Made by a program: the position numbers and the translations under genes
The notes under the pieces: generated by a model
Database searches by the model: none
Seen by the model: only the letters and a program-made list of their open reading frames with translations
Told to the model about the DNA's origin: nothing
Shown here: positions 1 through 9,748 of the stretch, in pieces
Position numbering within the stretch: the stretch's first letter is position 1
Layout: each line of letters begins with the position of its first letter
Assembly (NCBI GenBank): GCA_023228425.1
Contig: JALOBE010000002.1
Location: forward strand, 83,113 to 147,112
From: Syntrophales bacterium
GTDB taxonomy: Bacteria > Desulfobacterota > Syntrophia > Syntrophales > UBA2210
Direction: 5' to 3'
Length of the DNA stretch: 64,000 bases

Positions 1-2
1 CC

Positions 3-311
3 AGTGAGCCCCTGGCGGCAAAAATTGAAGCGGACCTGGGCCTCGAAACCTACATACCCGACTGGAAAGAATCGGTGCTGCTGACACCCCGCCGGGAGAT
101 TATCGCGCAACCGGGGGTAAGGAAAGCTCCCGAAACACTACCGGGAATACAGAGAGAGGAGCTTCTCGAATCCATTGAAATTCTCGAGGAACGGCTCGAA
201 CTCCTTCGTGACGGACTCACGGACGACCGGTATCCGGAAGCAATGGACAGGACAATGCTGGACCGGCTGAAGAAAATCAGTTCCGACCTGGCCGGCCTGG
301 TTTCTCCCTGA
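3..311 (+). CDS. 3' end of an unidentified CDS entering from the left window edge
   Basis: The frame is open from nt 3 to the TGA at 309-311. Composition is protein-like, helical and acidic (EELLESIEILEERLELLRDGL). No family recognised. The competing antisense ORF 50-388 is Ser/Arg-rich and looks like a GC shadow. Confidence 0.3.
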   Translation, partial: SEPLAAKIEADLGLETYIPDWKESVLLTPRREIIAQPGVRKAPETLPGIQREELLESIEILEERLELLRDGLTDDRYPEAMDRTMLDRLKKISSDLAGLVSP

Positions 312-368
312 TTACGCGCGGACGCGCTGACGGAAACGAAGAAAAAGGAAGAGAAAGGAGTTGATGGC

Positions 369-1133
369 ATGGATTTTCGGAACATCACCTACGAAAAACA
401 GGGATACATCGCTATTCTCACCCTGAACCGGCCACCGGCCAATTCGATCAACCTTGCCACGCTGGAGGAGATCGACCGGGTCCTTGATGATGTCGCCGGC
501 AACAACGACATTCGGGTACTCGTTATAACCGGTGCGGGAGAAAAGGGCTTTTCAGCCGGATTCGACGTGTCCGACGCGGCTAACAGCGACAAGGCCGGCC
601 CCATGGGCCAGGCTCTGTGGACGAGAATCAGCCGTTTTCAGAAGCCCGTTATTGCGGCCATCAACGGCTACGCCTTCGGCGGGGGGTGTGAACTGTCAAT
701 GGCCTGCACGTTCAGGGTCATGCTTTCAGGTGCGAAGATCGGCCTTACGGAACTCAACATGGGCATCATCCCCGGCTGGGGAGGAACCCAACGCATGCCC
801 GCCATCCTGGGTAAATCGAAGGCCTTGGACCTGATACTGTTCAGCAAACGCATCACCGCCGAAGAAGCGCTGGATATCGGCCTGGTGGACGCGGTTTCCC
901 GGCCGGGAGAATTGATGAAAGATGTTATGGAGATGGCCGGTTTCCTGGCCGGACGTCCCCCCCTTGCCGTTCAGGCCGTAATGAGGGCTGTCACCGTGGG
1001 CCTGGAAAAGGGACTCGATGAGGGATCAAAGGCCGAGCAGGACGGCATCGCCTTGACGAGCCGCTCCAGGGACGCCACGGAAGGTTTCATGGCTTTCCTG
1101 GAAAAACGGGAACCGGACTTCAAGGGTGAATGA
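369..1133 (+). CDS. enoyl-CoA hydratase/isomerase (crotonase family)
   Basis: 254 aa. Crotonase segments VLVITGAGEKGFSAGFDV and AAINGYAFGGGCELSMAC are present. It is followed directly by a 3-hydroxyacyl-CoA dehydrogenase gene. Confidence 0.9.
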   Translation: MDFRNITYEKQGYIAILTLNRPPANSINLATLEEIDRVLDDVAGNNDIRVLVITGAGEKGFSAGFDVSDAANSDKAGPMGQALWTRISRFQKPVIAAINGYAFGGGCELSMACTFRVMLSGAKIGLTELNMGIIPGWGGTQRMPAILGKSKALDLILFSKRITAEEALDIGLVDAVSRPGELMKDVMEMAGFLAGRPPLAVQAVMRAVTVGLEKGLDEGSKAEQDGIALTSRSRDATEGFMAFLEKREPDFKGE

Positions 1134-1139
1134 CCTTCG

Positions 1140-2306
1140 TTGAAAGGAACTGCAATGACTGCGGAAGACGTAAAAGACATTGCCGTGATCGGCGCCGGAG
1201 ACATGGGTCACGGAATCGCCGCCTGCTTCATCAGGGCAGGCTACCGGGTTGTCCTGCGGGACATCGAGCAGGAATACATCGATCGCGGCGTCGACAATAT
1301 AAGAAAAAGCCTGTCGCGCCTCGTGAACAAGGGCACAATGACCCGGGAGGCCTTCGATGAAGCACTGTCGCGACTGGTTCCCATGATTGACCTCGCGGAA
1401 GCCGTCCGAAACGCCGATTTCGTCATCGAGGCCGTTCCCGAACGGCCGGACCTGAAAAAAAGCGTTTTCGCCGAACTCGACCGGAACGCTCCGAAGCGTG
1501 CCATCCTGGCCTCCAACACGTCGAACATCAGCATCACCGATATAGCCGCTGCCACCGGCCGCCCCGACAAAGTCGTGGGCTGTCACTTCTTCAACCCGGC
1601 CATGGTAATGAAGCTGGTGGAGGTCACCCGGGGCGATCACTCCTCCGATGAATCAATTCAGACGGCCTGTGAACTGGCACGAAAGATCGGGAAGGTTCCC
1701 GTCATCGTTGAAAAAGACTCGCCGGGATTCATTTCCAACCGGGTCAATGAACCGACAGTGGTTCTGCTTTCAAAAATTCTTGAAGCAGGAACTCCCACGC
1801 CGGAAGAATTCGACGCCGCTTTCAAGGCATTCATGCCGATGACTCCCTTTGAACTTCTGGATTACGTCGGCATCGACATCTGTTATCACGGCCTCGAATA
1901 CTTCGCCCAGGCGCTTTCACCGGACTACGCGCCTTCGAAGGCCCTGGAAACCTATGTCAGGGAAGGCAGGCTGGGGAAAAAGACGGGGAGCGGATTCTTC
2001 GATTGGTCCCGGGGGAGACCGGAAATCGACCCTTCAAAAGCGACATCCGAGTATGACCTGAACCACCTGGTTGCCCTGCAGGTGAACGAAGCGACAAAGC
2101 TTATCGAAGAAGGCGTGTGTACCGATCCGGCACAGATCGATCTCGCCATGATAAACAGCAGCGGATCGCCCTTCGGACCCTTCGCCCTGGCCCGGGGGAT
2201 CGGCTATGACGTGCTGAACGCGAAGCTCGAAGAACTCTACGACAGGTTCGGACTGGAAATCTTCAAGCCCACGAAAACCATGAAGGAAGGTGGCGTGACC
2301 ACCTGA
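1140..2306 (+). CDS. 3-hydroxyacyl-CoA dehydrogenase, NAD-binding
   Basis: N-terminal Rossmann motif IAVIGAGDMGHGIA. NTSNISIT and FFNPAMVMKLVEV segments are typical of the HADH family. The start could instead be the ATG at 1155. Confidence 0.88.
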   Translation: MKGTAMTAEDVKDIAVIGAGDMGHGIAACFIRAGYRVVLRDIEQEYIDRGVDNIRKSLSRLVNKGTMTREAFDEALSRLVPMIDLAEAVRNADFVIEAVPERPDLKKSVFAELDRNAPKRAILASNTSNISITDIAAATGRPDKVVGCHFFNPAMVMKLVEVTRGDHSSDESIQTACELARKIGKVPVIVEKDSPGFISNRVNEPTVVLLSKILEAGTPTPEEFDAAFKAFMPMTPFELLDYVGIDICYHGLEYFAQALSPDYAPSKALETYVREGRLGKKTGSGFFDWSRGRPEIDPSKATSEYDLNHLVALQVNEATKLIEEGVCTDPAQIDLAMINSSGSPFGPFALARGIGYDVLNAKLEELYDRFGLEIFKPTKTMKEGGVTT

Positions 2307-2388
2307 TCCCTGGGAGCAAAACCTGCCGTCCGGGACGCCCCGCCCGTGTCACGCTGCCCGGGAAGACAACACAGCGTGACACGCGGTA

Positions 2389-2655
2389 CTAGAGCACGAT
2401 TGTGATGCCGCTATGGGAACTTAAGCGGTTAAAGAGATCCGTCCGGTCCTCGTCACTGTGCACGATGGCTTCAACCCGGAGGGAGCAGTAGGAGCCGGCG
2501 GCACTTGTCCTCGAATGACTGACCCGACAGGCCCGTTCCTGGAACACCTCCCCAATGGCCCGCTCCATCATGGCCCGATCGGAACCGATGACGGTGTATG
2601 CCCAGGAGCACGGATACTCCAGCACTGCCCGCCCTCCCTTCTTCTCCGGGTTCAT
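2389..2655 (-). CDS. DUF493/YbeD-family small protein
   Basis: EYPCSWAYTVIG matches the YbeD-type F/YPCxFxxKV(I/M)G core. The internal Met (MNPEKKGG) was chosen so the gene does not overlap the upstream stop at 2696. Confidence 0.6.
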   Translation of the reverse strand: MNPEKKGGRAVLEYPCSWAYTVIGSDRAMMERAIGEVFQERACRVSHSRTSAAGSYCSLRVEAIVHSDEDRTDLFNRLSSHSGITIVL

Positions 2656-2695
2656 GGCCGTACCGCCCCGGGGGGCCCTTGCCGCTCCCGCGGCA

Positions 2696-4105
2696 TCATT
2701 TTTCCAACTGTTCCAGGGCAAAATCCCAGTTGACGAGATTGTCCATGACGCCGGTCAGGTAATCGGCCCGCCTGTTCTGGTAGTCCAGATAATAGGCGTG
2801 TTCCCAGACGTCCACCGTAAGAAGGGCCTTGATACCGCGTGCTACAGGAGTATCGGCATCGGCAGTGGTCATGATATCAAGCTTGCCCTCGAGCATGACC
2901 AGCCAGGCCCAGCCGCTGCCGAACCGGCCCATGGCGGCCGCATGGAAGGCTTCCCGGAACCGGTCAAAACCGCCGAAGGAGGCGGTGATCAGTTCCAGCA
3001 TTTTCCCGCCCGGCCTTCCCCCTCCCCCCGGCGTGAGGCATTTCCAGTAAAACGTGTGGTTCCACAGCTGGGCCGCGTTGTTGAAGAGCGCTCGTTTCGA
3101 GGGGTCATCCACGATCGTTTTCAAAATTATCTCCAGGGGTTCCTCTTCAAGGCCGCTGCCCGCGATCAGTTTGTTCGCGTTTGCCTCATACTGGGCATGG
3201 TGCTTGCCGTAATGAAAATCAACGGTCCTTCCGCTGATAGTGGGCTCCAATGCCCCCGATGCATAGGGAAGATACTCTCGTTCAAGAATCATGGCTCCTG
3301 TTCCTCCTTCATGTTGGTCAGTCATCCTGCCGGTCGGTTGTTCACCCCTCTTTTCGACGGAGCTGCTGCCGGTGGAATGGATGGTTCCCTCTATCCGGTC
3401 CCCCGGCAGGATTTTCCGGTCCTTTTTCATACGTTCATCCATCCACAGGGGATGCCGTTTCCGGGCGTAGTCGAGTCCGACATACCCTGTGAACATACCT
3501 CTGAGAAGCGGTCTGTTCGGCTTTATCAGCAGGGCTGCGATATGGGCGACAAAGGCGAGAACAAACAGAAAAAAAGCACCATTGTGTATCCAGGTGGCCG
3601 TCAGGGCGATTGGCCGTGAAAGCTGAGGGTTCAGGAGGTTCATGTAGGTCTTGACCAGTCCGGAGAGTACCAGCAGTACTATGAGTGCCGCCATTCCCAT
3701 GTAGGCGAGGCGCTGTTCCGGCAGGTATTTCCCGAAAGGCGGCTCCTCGCCCTTGCCGAAAAATGATTTGATGACCGCGATGGATGCTTTCAAATCACCC
3801 CGCCGGGGAATAAGACCTCCGTCCCCCCGAAGCCCATGATAAAATAAATGGAAAAAAGCGACGGCAACGAAAACGATGGCGGCCGCGTAATGAAGCGAGA
3901 GGGTGACAAAAAAATCATCAGCCCAGGAAAAACCGGGAATCTCGGTAATATAGTATCGCCTTCCCACGGGCAGTTCGAGCAGGCCGGTGACGATCAGCAT
4001 GATTCCCGACAGGGCGACGGCCCAGTGCTCGACCATCTCTATCAGTCCATGCCGCCTTACCAGGTCCTGCTTCCTCGGGATTCCATCAGTCACAGCCGCC
4101 GCCAT
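2696..4105 (-). CDS. fused ORF: 4-TM b-type cytochrome (FdnI / Ni-hydrogenase cytochrome b / cytochrome b561-like) plus complete Fe/Mn superoxide dismutase
   Basis: The N-terminal ~250 aa has four hydrophobic helices with conserved His (VEHWAVA, HYAAA..FHLFYH, IHNGAF..AHIAA). The C-terminal ~200 aa has SOD signatures FHYGKHHAQY, NNAAQLWNHTFYW and DVWEHAYYLDYQNRR. There is no stop between the two parts. An internal GAAGGAGGA Shine-Dalgarno plus ATG near 3290 could also start SOD independently. Confidence 0.8.
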   Translation of the reverse strand: MAAAVTDGIPRKQDLVRRHGLIEMVEHWAVALSGIMLIVTGLLELPVGRRYYITEIPGFSWADDFFVTLSLHYAAAIVFVAVAFFHLFYHGLRGDGGLIPRRGDLKASIAVIKSFFGKGEEPPFGKYLPEQRLAYMGMAALIVLLVLSGLVKTYMNLLNPQLSRPIALTATWIHNGAFFLFVLAFVAHIAALLIKPNRPLLRGMFTGYVGLDYARKRHPLWMDERMKKDRKILPGDRIEGTIHSTGSSSVEKRGEQPTGRMTDQHEGGTGAMILEREYLPYASGALEPTISGRTVDFHYGKHHAQYEANANKLIAGSGLEEEPLEIILKTIVDDPSKRALFNNAAQLWNHTFYWKCLTPGGGGRPGGKMLELITASFGGFDRFREAFHAAAMGRFGSGWAWLVMLEGKLDIMTTADADTPVARGIKALLTVDVWEHAYYLDYQNRRADYLTGVMDNLVNWDFALEQLEK

Positions 4106-5081
4106 CCCGGTTGTCTTTTCCTCTCTGTTTCAGTGCGGCCACGGCCGCGGCGATCCCGGCACCCATTCCGGCAACCGGCGCCATGAGGACTGACGCTTCC
4201 AGAATGGATGCCCGGGCAAGCCGTCGTTCAACCCGGTCCAGGTGCGGCCGGCCCGGCCCCTTGGCCAGAACGGCATTTATATCCTCAAAGGGCACAGGCG
4301 ACAGGTAGATGGTCCCCGTGCCCCCGTTTTCCGTGTTCCCGTAGAGCCGGCCCCCCGTCCGCGCCGCCCTTCGCTCCGCCTCGTTGAATATGTCCCGCCT
4401 CAATCCGATGATCATGGCACCTCGGGGGCACGCCTCTACGCAGAGCGGAACCCGTTGCTTCATGAGTCGATCATAACAGAGGTCGCACTTGAACATGACA
4501 CCGTTTCCCGCCAGGGTCGGCAGAATATTCAAGTAGATGCCGAGACCGGATTGGCGCTGCGGGATACCCCAGGGACAGACGTCACGGCACTTTGCACCGC
4601 CGAAGCAGAGGTCGTCATCGATGACGACGGCACCGTTGGGATACTTGTGGTTCGCCGTGAAGGGACAGATGGTAGCACAGGGAGGATTGTCGCAGTGCAT
4701 GCAACGCCGCGGCAGATAAACCGTTCGTCTGTCGTCACCCTCCCCCACATCGGCCCGTTGCACATAGATCTGCGTATAGGGCGTCAACCGGTCAAGAACA
4801 TCCTTCCGTTCAGACCAGTCTTCGATCTGTCCCCGTGGAAAGAGCTTTGGAATCGGTTGTTCGGGATCGGGAATCCTCTCCAGGGCCCGTTCCCTGCAGG
4901 CCGCGACACAAAGCGCAACGGCGTGATCCACACACCCGTCGCAGAGCGTACAGTCGATCAGCGTGGCGAGATCTCCCCGACGGGGTCCGTCGGCAGCAAA
5001 GGACGGCGCGCCGGAAATGCCCGTCAGTGCAGCCAGGCTGGCGGCTGCCCGCAGAAAATGTCTTCTCGATAAAACCGGCAT
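4086..5081 (-). CDS. Tat-exported multi-[4Fe-4S] ferredoxin-type subunit (HybA/FdnH/DmsB-like) with C-terminal membrane anchor
   Basis: Twin-arginine signal MPVLSRRHFLRAAASLAALTG. Cys clusters CMHCDNPPCATICP, CFGGAKCRDVCP and CDLCYDRLMKQRVPLCVEACP. Hydrophobic C-terminal helix. The ORF track starts at a TTG at 5102; I prefer the ATG at 5081. Confidence 0.8.
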   Translation of the reverse strand: MPVLSRRHFLRAAASLAALTGISGAPSFAADGPRRGDLATLIDCTLCDGCVDHAVALCVAACRERALERIPDPEQPIPKLFPRGQIEDWSERKDVLDRLTPYTQIYVQRADVGEGDDRRTVYLPRRCMHCDNPPCATICPFTANHKYPNGAVVIDDDLCFGGAKCRDVCPWGIPQRQSGLGIYLNILPTLAGNGVMFKCDLCYDRLMKQRVPLCVEACPRGAMIIGLRRDIFNEAERRAARTGGRLYGNTENGGTGTIYLSPVPFEDINAVLAKGPGRPHLDRVERRLARASILEASVLMAPVAGMGAGIAAAVAALKQRGKDNRDGGGCD

Positions 5082-5230
5082 CGTTTTTCTTTCAGCCTGC
5101 AATCCATTTCAATCATCGATCACCGGAGCCACATTGTACGTCGGAACGGCACCGGTGACTTCGGGTGTTCCGCAGTATCTCATATATTGGAGGCAGCGTA
5201 CAGCATCTTTCGAGAAACCAGGGCACTTCG

Positions 5231-7909
5231 TCAGTGCGCCTCGTCCCAGTCGCCGCCGCTCCTGATATGCACTTCAAGCGGAACCTTCAGGGTGATGACA
5301 CCTTCCATTTCCTTTTTCACGAGATCCGCAAGGCTGTCTCGTTCTTCCCGGGGGACTTCAAAGACAAGTTCGTCGTGAACCTGCATGATCATACGGGCGG
5401 AGAATTCTTTTTCTTTGATGGCTCCGGCGATCCGCAGCATCGCGATCTTTATAAGATCCGCCGCGGACCCCTGGATGGGCGTGTTCACCGCCGCCCGTTC
5501 GGCAAACTGGCGGACCTGAACGATGGGGCTGTTGATCTCAGGAATTGCCCGGCGCCGCTTCATGATGGTAGTCACGAAACCGTCCTCCCTGGCCTGATCG
5601 AGCACCTTCTCTATGAAGCGACTGACCCCCTGGAAACGCTGGAAATATTCGTCAATGTAAATCTTTGCCATTTTCTGGGTTATGCCCAGTTCCCGAGCCA
5701 GCCCGAAGGGGCTCATTCCATAGATCACACCGAAGTTTATGACCTTTGCCTGCCGCCGCATCTCGTCGTTGACCAGGGCCGGGAAAACGCCGAAGACCGT
5801 GGAGGCCGTCTTTCGGTGAATGTCCTCGCCATCGGCGAAGGCCTGTATCAGCTCTTCATCCTCTGAAAGATGGGCCAGGATGCGCAGTTCGATCTGCGAA
5901 TAGTCCGACGACAGGAGTTCCCAGCCCTCGGGTGCCTTGAATGCCTGGCGGATGCGCTTCCCCTCGGTGGTTCTGATGGGAATATTCTGCAGATTCGGAT
6001 CGCTGCTGGAGAGCCGTCCCGTCGCCGTTGCCGTCTGGTTATAGGATGTGTGGATTCTCCCCGTTTCGGGATTGATAAGCTCAGGCAGGGCATCCACGTA
6101 GGTGGACCGCAGTTTGGCAAGACTCCTGTAAGCCAGGATTTCTCCAGGCAATTCATAGGAGCGGGCAAGGCGCGCGAGTACCTCCACGTCCGTTGAATAT
6201 CCCTCTTTTGTCTTGCGCCCCCGGGGCATTCCCAGCTTGTCGAAGAGTACGACCTGGAGCTGCCTGGGCGAATTGATATTGAATCGCTCTCCCGCCAGGG
6301 CATAAATCTTTTCTTCAGAGAGCCTGAGCAGTTCCCCCAGATCCTTCGACATGTCCGCCAGGAGGCCGCCATCGACAAGAACTCCGTAAAACTCCATGGC
6401 AGCCAGAACTTCCACCAAGGGCATTTCAATCTCCCTGAACAGCTCGGCCAGTCCCTCTTTCCTGATTTCGTCTTCCAACAGGGGCTTCAGGCTCGAGAGG
6501 ACGTCCACTGACCGGCAGAAACAGTCGACGGCCTTGTCCGGAGGGACATCACGGATCGATAGGGCACGGGCACCGCTCCCCGTCAGTTCCTCCGGCGACG
6601 GAAGACGACGGTTCAGGTATCGGGCGGCAAGTGACTGAAGACTGTAGTCCCTCTTCGATGCATCGAGGAGCCAGGCTGCCACCATGGTGTCAAAGTCGGC
6701 CCCCGCGAGGGTAATGCGGTTTGTCGCGAGGACAAGAAAGGCCTTCTTGAGGTCGTGACCGGTTTTGAGAATCGCGGGATCTGAAAAAACCGGCCCCAAC
6801 GATGAATAGAGGGACTCCGGCTCGAGTCCGACGCCATCTTCCTCCTTCCCGATGGGAATATACCAGGCCTCCCCCGGCCGGGCTGAAAGGGCCAGTCCGA
6901 CCGGTTCAATGCCCCGCTGAGGAATCTCCCGGCCGGTGACGAATTCAAAGGAAAAACTTCCCGCCTCCCGGAGGAGCCTCGAAAGGTCGTGAAGATGCTC
7001 TTCACGGGTAATCAGCGTATAACTACGGTCACCGGGGGCCTCTCGGCCCTGCACCTGCTGCAGCAGCGATGAAAATTCAAATTCCGAGAACAGAGCCCTC
7101 AAGGCGTCGGCGTCGAGATTTTGTCGCACCAGGTCTTCAAGTGATACATCAAGATCCAGATCGGTCCTGATGGTCGCAAGCTCCCGGCTCAAGCGCGCCT
7201 GGTCGGCATATTCCATGAGATTGCTTTTCAGTCGGCCCCCCTTCAACTCCTCAAGACGGCTCAGTATGTCATCCAGGGAACCGTAGTTACTCACCAGTTT
7301 TACGGCTGTCTTTTCTCCGATTCCCGGCACGCCCGGTATGTTGTCGGAAGAGTCTCCGGCAAGTCCCAGTACGTCGACAACCCGGTCCGGCGGAACCCCG
7401 AAGCGTTCCACTACACCATCCATGTCGTAGGATTTGTCCTTCATTGTATCCACAATGGTGACCCGGGCGGTCACCAGTTGCAGCAGGTCTTTGTCTCCGG
7501 AGGCTATCTTTACCCGGACACCCCGGGCATCGGCTGATTTTGCCAGTGTACCGATGATATCGTCGGCTTCGACACCTTCCCTCTCTATGACGGGAATGGC
7601 AAAGCCTCGCACCACATCCTTGACGCGGGGGATCTGAAGAACGAGATCATCGGGCATGACAGGCCGGTTCGCCTTGTACTGATCGTAGGCTTCATGGCGG
7701 AAGGTGGGTCCCTTCGCGTCGAACACGACGGCCATGTAGTCCGGTTCCTGTTCCCGGATCAGCTTCATCAGCATGGTGGTGAAGCCGTATATGGCGTTCG
7801 TGGGGAAGCCCTTCGAGTTTGAAAGTTCACGAATGGCATAGAAGGCCCGGTAGACATAGTTGGTGCCGTCCACGAGAACCAGAGTGGGGTAATCACGGTT
7901 ATCCGACAC
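5231..7909 (-). CDS. polA: DNA polymerase I
   Basis: 892 aa. The N-terminus is 5'-3' exonuclease-like (LVDGTNYVYRAFYA). Pol A motifs DYSQIELRILAHLS and QVHDELVFE are present. Confidence 0.97.
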   Translation of the reverse strand: MSDNRDYPTLVLVDGTNYVYRAFYAIRELSNSKGFPTNAIYGFTTMLMKLIREQEPDYMAVVFDAKGPTFRHEAYDQYKANRPVMPDDLVLQIPRVKDVVRGFAIPVIEREGVEADDIIGTLAKSADARGVRVKIASGDKDLLQLVTARVTIVDTMKDKSYDMDGVVERFGVPPDRVVDVLGLAGDSSDNIPGVPGIGEKTAVKLVSNYGSLDDILSRLEELKGGRLKSNLMEYADQARLSRELATIRTDLDLDVSLEDLVRQNLDADALRALFSEFEFSSLLQQVQGREAPGDRSYTLITREEHLHDLSRLLREAGSFSFEFVTGREIPQRGIEPVGLALSARPGEAWYIPIGKEEDGVGLEPESLYSSLGPVFSDPAILKTGHDLKKAFLVLATNRITLAGADFDTMVAAWLLDASKRDYSLQSLAARYLNRRLPSPEELTGSGARALSIRDVPPDKAVDCFCRSVDVLSSLKPLLEDEIRKEGLAELFREIEMPLVEVLAAMEFYGVLVDGGLLADMSKDLGELLRLSEEKIYALAGERFNINSPRQLQVVLFDKLGMPRGRKTKEGYSTDVEVLARLARSYELPGEILAYRSLAKLRSTYVDALPELINPETGRIHTSYNQTATATGRLSSSDPNLQNIPIRTTEGKRIRQAFKAPEGWELLSSDYSQIELRILAHLSEDEELIQAFADGEDIHRKTASTVFGVFPALVNDEMRRQAKVINFGVIYGMSPFGLARELGITQKMAKIYIDEYFQRFQGVSRFIEKVLDQAREDGFVTTIMKRRRAIPEINSPIVQVRQFAERAAVNTPIQGSAADLIKIAMLRIAGAIKEKEFSARMIMQVHDELVFEVPREERDSLADLVKKEMEGVITLKVPLEVHIRSGGDWDEAH

Positions 7910-7945
7910 CCGCTCTCACCTTCCTTCCTTGACGGCCGGGAGACA

Positions 7946-9184
7946 TCAGGCCTCTTTCCTGCCGGGAGCCTTCGAAAGGGCGATGGTAATCACTGAAAGG
8001 GCCACCACCGCCGCACCGGCAATGAACGGGACCGAGTAGGTTCCTGTGGAATCCTTCAGCATGCCGCCCACCAGGGGACCGAAAAAACCCGCCAAACCGA
8101 ACGCGGTGAACAGAAGTCCGTAATTGGCTCCCTGCGCCGTTGGCCCGTAATACTGCAGACAGGCAGAGGGAAACAGCGTGAACATGCCTCCGTAGTTCCA
8201 GCCGATCACGGCCGCTATGACGACGAGGAAGACCACGCTGCTGCCCGCCGGGTAGAGGAACAGCAGGGCCACTACCTGCAGGGCCAGGATCACGATGAGG
8301 GAAACTTTGGCGCCGATCTTGTCCGCCACGTAGCCGATCAGGATGCGTGTTACGGCATTGAACACAGCCAGGGCGCTCACGGCCATGGCGGCCTGCATAG
8401 CGGTCAGCCCCGAGTCGGTGCCGTGGCCCGCCACATGCCCGATGACCATGAGGCCCGCGAAGCAACCGCAGAAATAGGCAAGGTACAGCATCCAGAACTG
8501 GCGGGTCCGTACGGCCTCGCTGAAGGTATAATCACGGGAAATCACCTTTTCTCCCATTTCCGCCGGCCGGGGAGGATTCCAGCCGGCGGGTTTCCACTTC
8601 GGGGGCGGATTGTTCAGGCAGAAGGCGGAAACAAGGCCCATGATGCCCATGGCGATGCCCGCGTAGATAAAGACATACCGCCACCCCAGACCGGGGTGGC
8701 CGATGATCTTGGTCGCCAGGGGGGCCATGATGAATGAACCAAGACCCAGCCCGACAACGGCGAAACCCGTGGCAAGGGCCCTCCGGTCAGGCCACCACTT
8801 GGGGGCCGTGGCTATGGGAGGCAGATAGACGAGGCCGCCGCCTGTCCCCGCGATAAATCCATAGGTCAGATAGAGCTGCCATTTCTCCTGGATGAAGCCT
8901 GCGGCGGTAAATCCGACCCCCAGAATGATGGAGCCGATAATGACCACGATCCTGGGGCCGAAGCGGTCGCTCATTTTCCCCGATACGAAGGTTATGAGTC
9001 CGAACATGAGCGCGCAGATGGAAAAAGCCATGGATATCTCCGCCCGGTTCCAGCCGAACTCGGCGCTCAGGGGTTGAATGAAAACGCTCCAGGCATAGAG
9101 GAGCAGACCGCAGGTGGTGGATCCCAGGACTCCACCAAGAAGCGGAATCCAGCGGGGCATTACTTTCATGGATGCTGGTGACAT
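7946..9184 (-). CDS. MFS transporter (oxalate/formate antiporter-like)
   Basis: 412 aa with about 12 hydrophobic helices and an MFS loop motif [10 protein letters not shown] between TM2 and TM3. Confidence 0.85.
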   Translation of the reverse strand: MSPASMKVMPRWIPLLGGVLGSTTCGLLLYAWSVFIQPLSAEFGWNRAEISMAFSICALMFGLITFVSGKMSDRFGPRIVVIIGSIILGVGFTAAGFIQEKWQLYLTYGFIAGTGGGLVYLPPIATAPKWWPDRRALATGFAVVGLGLGSFIMAPLATKIIGHPGLGWRYVFIYAGIAMGIMGLVSAFCLNNPPPKWKPAGWNPPRPAEMGEKVISRDYTFSEAVRTRQFWMLYLAYFCGCFAGLMVIGHVAGHGTDSGLTAMQAAMAVSALAVFNAVTRILIGYVADKIGAKVSLIVILALQVVALLFLYPAGSSVVFLVVIAAVIGWNYGGMFTLFPSACLQYYGPTAQGANYGLLFTAFGLAGFFGPLVGGMLKDSTGTYSVPFIAGAAVVALSVITIALSKAPGRKEA

Positions 9185-9268
9185 GGGGTTCCTCCCGTAC
9201 AGGATTTTTATGGCGGCGGAAAGAAAAAAAGTGCTTTTCCGTTACCATAGTGAATCGGCAAGAATCAA

Positions 9269-9748
9269 TCATTTTGTCGGAGCACGCGGCCGCAGGTCGA
9301 AGGCGGCGTTGATCTTGAAGGTGCGAAGGGTTTTCATGTCCACGATATCCGTAATGCCCGTCTGCGCGCGCAGGGTTTCAAGAATGCGGTCGATATCGCC
9401 CCGTGAGGCCGCGATGAGCGTGAACCAGACATTCCAGTCGTGGTTGCGGCGGTAGTTGTGAGTAACACCGGGTATAGCGTTTACCGCCCCCACAAAGACA
9501 TCGAGTCGGTCGCCGGGAACCTTGGCGGCGCAGAGAGTCCCTTCCCAGCCAAGGGCTTCACGGTCGAAGACGGCGCCGATTCTCCTGATGACGCCCTCCT
9601 CTTTCAGCCGCTTCACCCGGTCGCGCACGTCCCCTTCGTCCATGCCCAGCCTGCCGGCCACCACGGCAATGGGATTTTTTTCCAGGGGAAAGTCGCCCTG
9701 CAGCATGGTGAGAAGGGTCCTGTCACGATCATCCATTGTACAGCTCAT
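9269..9748 (-). CDS. siroheme decarboxylase subunit, AhbA/AhbB (NirD/L/G/H, Lrp/AsnC-like)
   Basis: Contains DRTLLTMLQGDFPL, an HTH, and GVTHNYRRNHDWNVWFTL, all characteristic of the NirDLGH/AhbAB family. It is the last gene of the heme operon. Confidence 0.8.
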   Translation of the reverse strand: MSCTMDDRDRTLLTMLQGDFPLEKNPIAVVAGRLGMDEGDVRDRVKRLKEEGVIRRIGAVFDREALGWEGTLCAAKVPGDRLDVFVGAVNAIPGVTHNYRRNHDWNVWFTLIAASRGDIDRILETLRAQTGITDIVDMKTLRTFKINAAFDLRPRAPTK

